From positions 8,605-72,604 of the forward strand of contig JBIOKR010000006.1 in assembly GCA_044451945.1 (NCBI GenBank): a stretch of 64,000 bases of DNA. Direction: 5' to 3'. This DNA comes from Candidatus Lutacidiplasmatales archaeon (lineage in GTDB: Archaea; Thermoplasmatota; Thermoplasmata; Lutacidiplasmatales; UBA184). Below, in pieces: positions 43,771 to 52,167 of this stretch. A program made the translations under genes and the position numbers. Numbering within the stretch: the first letter of the stretch is position 1; the number at the start of each line of letters is the position of its first letter. Below the pieces are notes generated by a model that saw only the letters and a program-made list of their open reading frames with translations, had not been told where the DNA came from and searched no databases.

Positions 43771-44961
43771 CTACTTGTAGGGCAGGAAATCCTTGCCCAA
43801 CAGCTCGCGACCGAGGATGATCCGCATGATGTTGAGGCCCCCTTCGGCGCCGACCATGTACGACATCACGCCCCGCAGGCCGAGCTCGAGACCCACGTCC
43901 TTGGTGTATCCCGCGGCCCCATGCCACATCATGACCCGTTTCACGCACTCGAAGGCGAGGGGGGGCGCGGTGAGCTTCACGGAGGCGACGGTGCGCTCGA
44001 TCTCCGAGCGCGTCGCGTCGTCGACCTTCCCGGGGTGGGCATCGATCAGCCACGCCGCGCGGCGGCATTGCCACTTGACGGCCTCCACCTGGGAGTAGAG
44101 GTCCGCGAGCTCGAACTGGATCCCCTCGAACTTCCCGAGGGGGCTTCCGAAGGCTCGCCGCTCCTTGATGTAGCTCGTCCCGACCTCGAGGGCGCGCTCC
44201 GCGGCGCCGACACAGGCGGCGGAGACGAAGGTGCGCGCGATGCGGAACCCCTGCATCGCCACCTCGAAGCCGTGGTCCTCCTCGCCGATGAGGTTGCGAG
44301 CGGGGACGCGGACGTCGTCGTAGGTGATCGAGCCGGTCGAGATGCCCATCCGGCCCATGTTCTCAAAGCGCTGCGTGGTGATCCCGGGGGCGCCGGTCGG
44401 CACGTAGAGGAAGTTGAACCCTCCCGTCTCCGCGCGGGTGAGCGTGAGGTGGCCGCCCCCGAGCGACTTTGCCTCCTCGACCCCTGAGAGGAACGACTTC
44501 TCGCCGCGGATTACGAATTCATCCCCGTTCCTTCGCGACCGGGTGCGCATTGCCGATAGGTCGCTGCCTCCGGTTGGCTCGGTCGTGGCGATGCCGAGGA
44601 ACGCTTCGCCCCGGCAGACGCTCGGCAGGACCGCCTGGCGGCTCTCCTCCGTGCCGAACCGGCTCAGGATCGCTCCCCAGCCGGCCTCGAGCAAGAAGAA
44701 GACCGCGGTCGCCATCGAGAAATCGCCCCGGCCGACCTCCTCGGCGGCGAGCTCGGTGAGCACGGCGCTGCCGCCCATCCCGCCGTAGGCCTCGGGGACC
44801 GGCATGGCGAGCAACCCGAGCTGGGCCATTCCCTGGAGGACCTCCTTGGGGATGCGGCCCTCCCGGTCGATCTGGCGCTCGTGCGACCGGAGCACCTTGT
44901 CCCCGAAGTGCCGGACCGCCTCCTGGAAGGCCCGTTCCTCGTCGGTGAGTGAGAAGTCCAT
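43771..44961 (-). CDS. acyl-CoA dehydrogenase
   Basis: Start at ATG 44961 (MDFSLTDEERAFQEAV). ACAD motifs ATTEPTGGSDLSAMRT and the C-terminal helical domain with the conserved YEG replaced, but overall layout typical. Confidence 0.85.
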   Translation of the reverse strand: MDFSLTDEERAFQEAVRHFGDKVLRSHERQIDREGRIPKEVLQGMAQLGLLAMPVPEAYGGMGGSAVLTELAAEEVGRGDFSMATAVFFLLEAGWGAILSRFGTEESRQAVLPSVCRGEAFLGIATTEPTGGSDLSAMRTRSRRNGDEFVIRGEKSFLSGVEEAKSLGGGHLTLTRAETGGFNFLYVPTGAPGITTQRFENMGRMGISTGSITYDDVRVPARNLIGEEDHGFEVAMQGFRIARTFVSAACVGAAERALEVGTSYIKERRAFGSPLGKFEGIQFELADLYSQVEAVKWQCRRAAWLIDAHPGKVDDATRSEIERTVASVKLTAPPLAFECVKRVMMWHGAAGYTKDVGLELGLRGVMSYMVGAEGGLNIMRIILGRELLGKDFLPYK

Positions 44962-45098
44962 CGAGGAGGAGGCGACAGTCACCTCGGTTATAGGATTGCC
45001 CCCGGTGACGGGCGGCTCGCAGCATAGCGCCGGCGACAACCGGTCCTTCGGGATACCTCTTTAATCCCGACGCGGCTCGAGGAGACCCCGGAAGGCGA

Positions 45099-46130
45099 AT
45101 GTCGGTCAAGGTCGCCATCAACGGCTACGGGACGATCGGCAAGCGGGTGGCGGACGCGGTCCGTCGGCAGCCCGACATGACCTTAGTCGGGGTGGCAAAG
45201 CGACGCCCGAACTATGAAGCGCTTCACGCTGCGCACCTCGGATACCCGATCTTCATCGCCGGGGACGGCAAGAAGGCCGACTTCGACGCGGCCGGGCTTC
45301 GCACAGCGGGAACCTCCCGGGACATGATCGCGCTCGCCGACGTGGTCGTCGACGCTTCGCCCGACAAGACCGGGAGGGAGAACGCCGCGCTCTACCAGGC
45401 GGCGAAGGTGAAGGCGATCTTCCAGGGCGGCGAAAAGGCCGACGTCGCCGAGGTGTCGTTCAACGCCCTCGCGAATTACTCACGGGCGAAGGGCAAGGAG
45501 CGGGTCCGGGTCGTCTCGTGCAACACGACAGGTCTCGCCCGCGCCGCGGCGGTCCTCACCCCTCGCTGGGGGATAGAGTCGTGGGAGGCGACGATCGTCC
45601 GACGGGCCGCGGACCCCGCGGAGACCGGACGGGGACCGATCAACGGGATCGTTCCCGTCTTCACCCTCCCCTCGCACCACGGGCCCGACGTCAAGACGAT
45701 CTTCCCCGACCTCTCCATCCGAACCGCCGCTGTCGTTGTCCCGACCACCTTGATGCACGTCCACGTGAACCGCGTGCGCCTTCGCCGCCCGCCCCGCGAC
45801 AAGGACGAGGTGATCGACGTGTTCCGGCAGACCCCGCGCTTCCACGTCTTCGAGGCGTGGGAAGGGGTCGACGGGACCCCCCAAGTGATGGAGTACGCGC
45901 GAGACCGCGGCGTCGGACGCAACGACATGATGGAGAACGCTCTCTGGGCGAACGGGATCGAGCTCGTGGAGCGTGACGTCTTCTTCTTCCAGGCGATCCA
46001 CCAGGAGTCGATCGTCGTCCCGGAGAACATCGACGCGATCCGGGCGATGTTCGACTTGGCGCCCGACGGACCCAGCTCCATCGCGATGACGGACAAGGCC
46101 CTCAAGATCGAAGGGGCCTCGCTCCCCTAG
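45099..46130 (+). CDS. gap: type II (archaeal) glyceraldehyde-3-phosphate dehydrogenase
   Basis: 343 aa. VAINGYGTIGKRVADAV NAD(P) motif and active-site VVSCNTTGL. Confidence 0.9.
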   Translation: MSVKVAINGYGTIGKRVADAVRRQPDMTLVGVAKRRPNYEALHAAHLGYPIFIAGDGKKADFDAAGLRTAGTSRDMIALADVVVDASPDKTGRENAALYQAAKVKAIFQGGEKADVAEVSFNALANYSRAKGKERVRVVSCNTTGLARAAAVLTPRWGIESWEATIVRRAADPAETGRGPINGIVPVFTLPSHHGPDVKTIFPDLSIRTAAVVVPTTLMHVHVNRVRLRRPPRDKDEVIDVFRQTPRFHVFEAWEGVDGTPQVMEYARDRGVGRNDMMENALWANGIELVERDVFFFQAIHQESIVVPENIDAIRAMFDLAPDGPSSIAMTDKALKIEGASLP

Positions 46131-46218
46131 CCGGCCCAAGGGGTGCGGCGGCCGGCAGGGGCGTGAGCCGCCCCCCAGCCAAGGCACACAGCCGACCGCG
46201 CCGCGGTCGGCTCGACGC

Positions 46219-46914
46219 CTAGCAGTTGGGGCAGCGAATCGAGCTCAGGGTGAGGGCCAGGTTCTTGACCAACGCGGTCGCGCTGGAGCCGGTCCCGGTC
46301 GCGCTCGCCTGGGTGGTGAGGTGGGTGGTGACGATGAACCAGTACTTGTCGTAGGTCGAGAAGGTGCTGGTCTTTCCCGTGACCAGGATCGTATGAAGCC
46401 CTCGGTACGGATGAACGGATTTCTGGATCGTTCCACTCGCACAGCTCACGGTGTGGTTCGCCACGGGCGTCGCGAGATTTCCTCTCCACACGAAGCTGCT
46501 CGTGGAGAGGTCGTAGATATTGCCCTCGAGGGAGAAGTTGTACGAGGCGCTCGCGGTCCCCGTGCCTCCGGAGCAGTTGGCGATGAGGCTGACGGAAAAG
46601 GCGACTCCCGAGAACCGGTACACCAACTTGGAGCTGGTGTTCGTCGGCGAAAAGCAGAGACCGTTCGACGGTCCCGGCCCCATGGAGATCCACCCCATCG
46701 TCTCGAGGTCCGACGAACCGCCTTTGGCCGCGGCGGCGGATTGCGAGCCTTGGCGGATGCTGCCGTTGCTGTAATTGTTGCTGTAGGAGGGGCCGCTCGT
46801 CGTGCCCGTCTGGGCGACGGTTATCGATCCCTGCTGGGTCCCGTAGCATTGGGCATGGTACGCGGGCGCCACGCGAAGGGCGACGCCACCGGGAGCCCAG
46901 GCGATCAGCAACAC
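46219..46914 (-). CDS. secreted Cys/Ser/Thr/Asn-rich protein, distant relative of the 22982-23986 protein
   Basis: 231 aa from GTG 46914. S/T/G/N-rich with sequons. C-terminal DKYWFIVTTHLTTQASATGTGSSATAL...LALTLSS parallels HKYALITTWVFEAY...ASASVAAL...ITVTSVV. The start is problematic (see findings). Confidence 0.55.
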   Translation of the reverse strand: MLLIAWAPGGVALRVAPAYHAQCYGTQQGSITVAQTGTTSGPSYSNNYSNGSIRQGSQSAAAAKGGSSDLETMGWISMGPGPSNGLCFSPTNTSSKLVYRFSGVAFSVSLIANCSGGTGTASASYNFSLEGNIYDLSTSSFVWRGNLATPVANHTVSCASGTIQKSVHPYRGLHTILVTGKTSTFSTYDKYWFIVTTHLTTQASATGTGSSATALVKNLALTLSSIRCPNC

Positions 46915-47204
46915 GAGCGTGGCCAGCGTGGCGAAGCCAGCGGCGCTTCCACCGGAGACCGACGGTCGGGAAAGGACGGTTCGGAGGGAAATCTTCGAAA
47001 TGGAGGGCCCCGTGCACTAGGCAGCGCCCTCGGTATAGCTTGGAGGGTGGCGGGAAATCGGGAGGTCCTGAACGCGATTCGGTCGAAATCTCCCACGGAC
47101 TCGCTTCGGCATCGGCGAGGGGAGGGGCCGACCGCGAGAGATTTGGCGGGTGAATTCGACGACGGATTCCGGAGAGGTCGCCACCGCGCTTCTCGTGTGG
47201 CAAG

Positions 47205-47214
47205 TTTCTTATAG
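47205..47214 (+). promoter_or_regulatory. TATA-box-like element (TTTCTTATAG) upstream of rpo7
   Basis: AT-rich box centred about 27 nt upstream of ATG 47237. Supports that start and a leaderless transcript. Confidence 0.4.
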
Positions 47215-47236
47215 CAAACCCCGCTGCGCGCGCCGG

Positions 47237-47893
47237 ATGTATTATCTCGACCATCAGCGCGACGTAGTCCGCATCCCACCGGAGCGCCTCGGGCCTAAGC
47301 TCGACACGGTGCTCACGGAGCTCGCGCAGCAGCAGTTCGAAGGCAAGCTGGTCGACGGCCAGAACCTGACCGTGATGATCAAGGACGTCACCCCCATCGG
47401 CGAGGGTCACATCATCCACGGCGATGGCGGAGTCTACCAGGAGGTCGAGTACGAGGCTCTCCTGTTCCGCCCGGAGATCCAGGAGGTCGTCGAGGGGACG
47501 GTCGTCGAGATCCGCAAGTTCGGTGCCTTCGTTCGTTTCGGTCCGCTGGACGGCCTCCTGCACGTCTCTCAGATCATGGACGACCGGGTGAACATCGACG
47601 AGCACAACCAGCGCTTGGTCGGCGTCGAGACGAAGAAGGACCTCAAGGTCGGCTACAAGGTCCGCGCACGCGTCGTCTCCCTTTCGCTCTCCGAGATTTC
47701 CCCGAGGGACAGCCGGATCGGCCTCACGATGCGCCAGCCGGGCCTTGGGCGACTCGAGTGGATCGCCGAGTCCCACAAGAAAGCCGAAGACAAGGGCCCG
47801 AAGAAGGGAGGACCCAAGCGCGACGCCGCCGGCAAGGTCCTGCCGCCCACCAAGGCCGCCGCTCCGGCCACCCCTGCGGTGAAGCCCGCATGA
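47237..47893 (+). CDS. rpoE: DNA-directed RNA polymerase subunit E' (Rpo7) with S1 domain
   Basis: MYYLDHQRDVVRIPPERL..., S1 fold GTVVEIRKFGAFVRFGPLDGLLHVSQI. Lys/Pro/Ala-rich C-terminal tail. Confidence 0.88.
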   Translation: MYYLDHQRDVVRIPPERLGPKLDTVLTELAQQQFEGKLVDGQNLTVMIKDVTPIGEGHIIHGDGGVYQEVEYEALLFRPEIQEVVEGTVVEIRKFGAFVRFGPLDGLLHVSQIMDDRVNIDEHNQRLVGVETKKDLKVGYKVRARVVSLSLSEISPRDSRIGLTMRQPGLGRLEWIAESHKKAEDKGPKKGGPKRDAAGKVLPPTKAAAPATPAVKPA

Positions 47894-48075
47894 TGAACCT
47901 CAAGGCCTGCAAGAACTGCCATTCCATCACGGAGGGACCGAAGTGCCCGCGTTGCGGAGGGGAGACCTCCCGTGAGTGGCAGGGCTATCTCGTCGTGATC
48001 GACCCGGAGAAATCCGAGATCGCCCGGAAGATGGGGATCCATGCGAACGGCCGCTACGCGCTCCGGGTCAAGTGA
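47890..48075 (+). CDS. spt4: transcription elongation factor Spt4 (RpoE'')
   Basis: 61 aa. Zn ribbon CKNC...CPRCG and GYLVVIDPEKSEIA. The ATG overlaps the rpo7 stop (ATGA). Confidence 0.85.
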   Translation: MMNLKACKNCHSITEGPKCPRCGGETSREWQGYLVVIDPEKSEIARKMGIHANGRYALRVK

Positions 48076-48598
48076 AGAGCGCGTCTGGGTCGTTCCCGAA
48101 TCGCTGCGCCCCACGCTCGCGCAACGGTACGGTCCGGTCTACCAAGGCGCTGACGCCGAGCGTCGCCTCGTCCACCTCGGGGTCTTCGGGGCGTGCGGGG
48201 ACCGAGTCACCGCGGATGCGATCCGGCTCGGCAATCTCCCGCTGATCGGCATCGTCGACCTCAAGACGCGCCGCAACGAACCGGTCGACCCGAAGGCGTT
48301 CGAACCGCTCGCGAGACGTCGCCGGGTGCGCCTGAAGAATCCTGCAGGGATGCTCACCGAGCGCCTGCGGAGAGCAGTCCGAGAGATGGCGGGAACCGGC
48401 GGCGGGCTCATCGAGGTGGACGGCGAGGAGGACCTCGGGGCGCTCGCCCTCGTGGAGGCGCTCCCCGCCGGGGCCACTGTTATATATGGCATCCCGGGTG
48501 CGGGGGTCTCCTTCGTATCGGTGGACGCCGTATCGAAGGAACACGTAAGGGCGCTCGTCGCTCAAATGGAACTGAGGCGCATCGACCTTGGAGCTTAA
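48041..48598 (+). CDS. DUF359-family protein (archaeal GTP-dependent dephospho-CoA kinase)
   Basis: 185 aa. GDRVTADAIRLGNLPLIGIVDLKTRRNEP and IEVDGEEDLGALALV match my recollection of DUF359/DPCK. Conserved position after rpo7-spt4. Confidence 0.75.
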   Translation: MRTAATRSGSSEERVWVVPESLRPTLAQRYGPVYQGADAERRLVHLGVFGACGDRVTADAIRLGNLPLIGIVDLKTRRNEPVDPKAFEPLARRRRVRLKNPAGMLTERLRRAVREMAGTGGGLIEVDGEEDLGALALVEALPAGATVIYGIPGAGVSFVSVDAVSKEHVRALVAQMELRRIDLGA

Positions 48599-48965
48599 GA
48601 TTCTCGAGGAGCGGCCGAACCCGCTCCTCCAGCGCGTCGAGTACAAATTCGAAGTCGCCCACGCCACGAAGGCCACGCCGACCCGCGAGGAGGTCCGCGT
48701 CGAGCTCGCGAAGGCGCTCAAGCTCTCGAAGGACCGGGTCGTCATCGAGCGGATGAGCGCGAAGTTCGGCACCGCCCGCAGCGAGGGGGAAGCCGCTTCC
48801 TACACGAACACCGAGGCGCTCAAGGCGATCGTGCGCGACCACATCCAGATCCGCAACGGGTTCAAGGAGAAGGCCGTCAAGGGCCCTGCCGCCCCCTCCG
48901 AGCCCGAGAAGCCCACCGCCGCTCCGCCCGCAGCTGCGGCCGCCGAGCCGGCCAAGGGAGCGTAG
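48588..48965 (+). CDS. rps24e: 30S ribosomal protein S24e
   Basis: ILEERPNPLLQRVEYKFEVAH...ATPTREEVRVELAKALK is typical of S24e. TTG start overlapping the previous gene by 11 nt. Ala/Pro/Glu-rich tail. Confidence 0.88.
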   Translation: MELKILEERPNPLLQRVEYKFEVAHATKATPTREEVRVELAKALKLSKDRVVIERMSAKFGTARSEGEAASYTNTEALKAIVRDHIQIRNGFKEKAVKGPAAPSEPEKPTAAPPAAAAAEPAKGA

Positions 48966-48968
48966 GCG

Positions 48969-49169
48969 ATGGCGAAAGCTCGCGTCGGCCTCTACTCGAC
49001 GAAGGGCGACACCCTCACGCGTACCCACAAGTTCTGTCCGAAGTGCGGCAGCGGCACGTTCCTGGCCGAGCACGCCGACCGTCGTTCGTGCGGCCACTGC
49101 GGCTACAGCGAGTCGAAAGGACCCCCGGCCGCAGCCAAGCCGCCGAAAGGCCCCAAGCCCTCGGGCTGA
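48969..49169 (+). CDS. rps27ae: 30S ribosomal protein S27ae
   Basis: 66 aa. Zn ribbon [26 protein letters not shown]. Confidence 0.88.
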   Translation: MAKARVGLYSTKGDTLTRTHKFCPKCGSGTFLAEHADRRSCGHCGYSESKGPPAAAKPPKGPKPSG

Positions 49170-49288
49170 GCCGTACTGCCCCGATGGGGCCGGGGCCCTC
49201 TACTGTCTCGAGGGGTCCCGGACCGGAAATTTTTCGAACCTTTGCGCTTCCGCCCGGAGTGGGCTGGGCCGTATCGATCCAGTGAACT

Positions 49289-49945
49289 TCACACCGGGAA
49301 GCCGTCGAGGAACCGCCACCAGGCTTGGGAGGTCTCGTCCACGGCCTTGCGCGCATCCTCGGCCGCCTTCGGGGAAGCCGCCATCGCCTTGGAGAGGAGC
49401 GTGCGCTCCGCGGCGGAGTGCGCGACGTCGGCGGTCGTGTGCACCCTGAAGAACTCGTGGGCGGCCTTGGAGCGGATCCCGTAGTGCTCGGAGAGACCGC
49501 GGGACTTCTCCGATGCGATCTCGGGGAAGATCGACTCGTACGCGTAGAGCGATCCCAGCGCGGAGGCCGCCGTCCCTCGCACCGCCCACCGCTCGTAGGT
49601 CTTGAGAAGCCGCTGGGTGTAGAGACTCGGGGCCGCTGCGCGGACCTGCCGCTCCTTCATCCCGAGCGACGAGGCGAAATCGAGCCAGAGTTGCGGGTGG
49701 GTCGGCTGGCGCCCCTCCTCGTCCACGAGGTTCTCCAATAGCGACTGCCGGTCGGAGGGCGACGGAAGCCTCGCATACGCCGCTGCGACGAACCGGGGAA
49801 AGTTCGATTCGAACTGGTAGTACTGGCCGGCGTACGACCGCAACGTCGGCAAGGAGACGCGGCCTTGGGCCCACGCCTGGTAGAACGGGTGCTTCAGAAG
49901 GTGCCGGCTCTGGATCGTGCGGTCGAGGTCCCGGACGGTCGTCAT
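49289..49945 (-). CDS. heme-oxygenase-fold di-iron protein of the PqqC/TenA/CADD group
   Basis: HLLKHPFYQAWAQGRVSLPTLRSYAGQYYQFESNFPRFVAAAY and later E..H motifs (EFFRVHTTADVAHS) match CADD/PqqC-like proteins as I recall them. ATG 49945 preferred over TTG 49963. Confidence 0.7.
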   Translation of the reverse strand: MTTVRDLDRTIQSRHLLKHPFYQAWAQGRVSLPTLRSYAGQYYQFESNFPRFVAAAYARLPSPSDRQSLLENLVDEEGRQPTHPQLWLDFASSLGMKERQVRAAAPSLYTQRLLKTYERWAVRGTAASALGSLYAYESIFPEIASEKSRGLSEHYGIRSKAAHEFFRVHTTADVAHSAAERTLLSKAMAASPKAAEDARKAVDETSQAWWRFLDGFPV

Positions 49946-50143
49946 CGTTCCGCCGAGCGCCAAAGGCCTCTATAGCCTTGCTGACCCCGCGGCGGGATGC
50001 CGGGCAAGCCCCCCCGAGCCAGACCCCCGAGCCCGGAATCCAGGGGTGCCTTTCCGGTTCGTCAAGGGGTCGGCGATAGAGGTTCGGTAGCCACCATCGA
50101 GCGAAAGGGGGTCGGCCATGGTCGCCCCGCCGTCGTCCCCCGA

Positions 50144-50155
50144 ATCTTTATTTGA
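50144..50155 (+). promoter_or_regulatory. TATA-box-like element (ATCTTTATTTGA) upstream of wtpA
   Basis: AT-rich box centred about 27 nt upstream of ATG 50176. Supports that start. Confidence 0.4.
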
Positions 50156-50175
50156 TGTGCCGTTTCCACACATCG

Positions 50176-51252
50176 ATGTCCGTCCGACTCCACCCGCTCT
50201 GGGTGATCGTGATCGCCGGAGTTGCGCTCACCGCCGGCTTGCTGGGAGGCTATGAGCTCCGGGGCTCGTCGAGCTCCCCGGGCGCTCCCAGCGCCAACTC
50301 GGGCTCCCCCGTGCTGTCGATCACGGGCGCGGGAACCCTGGGGACCGCGTTCCCGGCGCTCGCGAGCCTGCTCGTGAACCAGTCGACGGGTGCCCAGGCC
50401 CCGAGCGCATCCCAGACGTACCAGGGCAGTCTCGCGGCGCTCGGGCTCATCGCCACGTCGCACGACGTCTACGATGTCGCCGCAGCGGCGGATTTCCGCC
50501 TCATCCCGCATCTCCTCGAGCCGACCTACGCCAACTGGGAGGTCGTCTTCGCCACGAATCCCGAGGTGCTCGTGTACGACCCGAGCGTCGCGGCGCTCTC
50601 GGGGATCAACTCGTCGAACTGGGGGGAGAAGGTCCAGAGCGCCGGCGTCGTCCTCGGGGTCGCCAACGCGACGACCGACCCGAACGGCTACAACGGGATC
50701 TTCGTCCTCCAGCTCGAGGGATTGGCCGAAGGCGGCTCGCTCGCGAGCCTCTACAGCCACTTCTACACGGGCGCCCCGGGGTCCCCCGCTCTGCCAGTAT
50801 CCAGTACTGCAAAGCTCGAGCTAGAGACGCAGGTGTCGACGCTCATCAGCACCCACGTGGTGAGCGCGTTCATCACCTACCGATCGTACGCGGTCACGCA
50901 CCATCTCTCCTACGTGTCCCTCGATCCGAGTGTCGGTCTCGGTAACTTCTCCTCCGAGGAACTCGCGAACTACGCGCTCGCCTCCACCCAGATCACCGCC
51001 GCGAACGGATCGCTGACGACGATTCGGGGTGCGCCGGTGGCGTTCTCCGCGACGGTCCCGTTGAACGCCGCCAACCTGACCCTCGGCGACCTGTTCGTGC
51101 ACCTGGTCCTCTCGAGCCAGGGGGAGGCCTTCCTGCAGTCGTACGGGTTCACGCCGATACTTCCCGGCTACTCGATCGGTTCCAAGGCGCTGCCCGGCCT
51201 CCTGCAGCCGGAGACCGTTGCGCTCCCGGCGGCGCTCGCGGCCGAGATCTGA
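50176..51252 (+). CDS. wtpA: tungstate/molybdate ABC transporter substrate-binding protein (WtpA/ModA type)
   Basis: N-terminal anchor VIVIAGVALTAGLLGG. YDVAAAADFRLIPHLLEPTYANWEVVFATNPEVLVY and TTDPNGYNGIF resemble WtpA motifs. First gene of the transporter operon. Confidence 0.78.
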   Translation: MSVRLHPLWVIVIAGVALTAGLLGGYELRGSSSSPGAPSANSGSPVLSITGAGTLGTAFPALASLLVNQSTGAQAPSASQTYQGSLAALGLIATSHDVYDVAAAADFRLIPHLLEPTYANWEVVFATNPEVLVYDPSVAALSGINSSNWGEKVQSAGVVLGVANATTDPNGYNGIFVLQLEGLAEGGSLASLYSHFYTGAPGSPALPVSSTAKLELETQVSTLISTHVVSAFITYRSYAVTHHLSYVSLDPSVGLGNFSSEELANYALASTQITAANGSLTTIRGAPVAFSATVPLNAANLTLGDLFVHLVLSSQGEAFLQSYGFTPILPGYSIGSKALPGLLQPETVALPAALAAEI

Positions 51253-51267
51253 GGTCGGAGCGAGACG

Positions 51268-52167
51268 ATGGCGCCCGGGGAAGTGGTCACTCCCCGGGCC
51301 CTTGTCATAGCCAACTCGCCGGCAGCCCGCTGGAGGGGCGAGGCCCCACTTCTCCTGCAGGTGCTGGTCGGAGGGTCGCTGCTCCTTCTCCTGATCCTCC
51401 CCATCATCGCGCTATTCACCTCGATCCCGCTCTCCGCGATCCGGTCCGCCGCCTTCGATTCCGGGCTGCGGATCTCCCTCGAGTTCACGCTGCTCGCCTC
51501 GGCGCTCAGCCTCGTGGTCGTCGTGGGCCTCGGCGTGCCGCTGGGGTACCTCCTCGCCCGACGCCGCTTCCCCGGGCGCGAGGTCGTCGAGTCGGTGGTC
51601 GCCCTGCCCATCGTCCTCCCGCACCTCATCGGGGGCCTCGCGCTCTTCCTCCTGTTCGCCCCGGACGCGCCGCTCGGCCGGCTGGCCATCTCCGCGGGCC
51701 TTCCCGTCATCCAGACGATCTGGGGAGTCGTCCTCGTGATGGTCTACGTGAGCGCGTCGTACACGGTCCTCGCGAGCCAGGTCGCCTTCCAGTCGGTCGA
51801 CGCTCGGGTCGTCGAGGCGGCGCGCAGCCTCGGGGCGAGCCCGTCGGAGGCGTTCGCCTCGGTCTCGCTGCCGATCGCCGCCCGCGGCGTCTTCTCGGGG
51901 GTGCTCCTCTCCTGGGCCCGCTCGATCAGCGAGATCGGCGGCTTTCTCATCGTCGCCAACGCAGTCTACCCGAGCCCGCCCTATGGGGGACCGGTGACGA
52001 GCCCGGTATCGGTCTATGTGTACAACCTCTACCAGATCGGCGACCTTCAGGGCGCCACTGCGGCGGCGGCTCTCCTCGTCCTGATCGCCTTCGCGATCTT
52101 CCTCGTCGTGCGGCTCAGCGCCCGGCACGGTGCCAGCTGGTGGAAGCGGGTGGCGTCGGGAACATGA
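51268..52167 (+). CDS. wtpB: tungstate/molybdate ABC transporter permease
   Basis: Six TM helices and the EAA loop VVEAARSLGASPSEAFASVSLPIA. Confidence 0.85.
   Translation: MAPGEVVTPRALVIANSPAARWRGEAPLLLQVLVGGSLLLLLILPIIALFTSIPLSAIRSAAFDSGLRISLEFTLLASALSLVVVVGLGVPLGYLLARRRFPGREVVESVVALPIVLPHLIGGLALFLLFAPDAPLGRLAISAGLPVIQTIWGVVLVMVYVSASYTVLASQVAFQSVDARVVEAARSLGASPSEAFASVSLPIAARGVFSGVLLSWARSISEIGGFLIVANAVYPSPPYGGPVTSPVSVYVYNLYQIGDLQGATAAAALLVLIAFAIFLVVRLSARHGASWWKRVASGT

Noticed and set aside
46127-47776. 549-aa minus-strand ORF spanning the 46219 gene region and antisense to rpo7
   Set aside because: It overlaps an unmistakable Rpo7 (S1 domain) on the plus strand. Its translation is R/P/H/D-rich without motifs.
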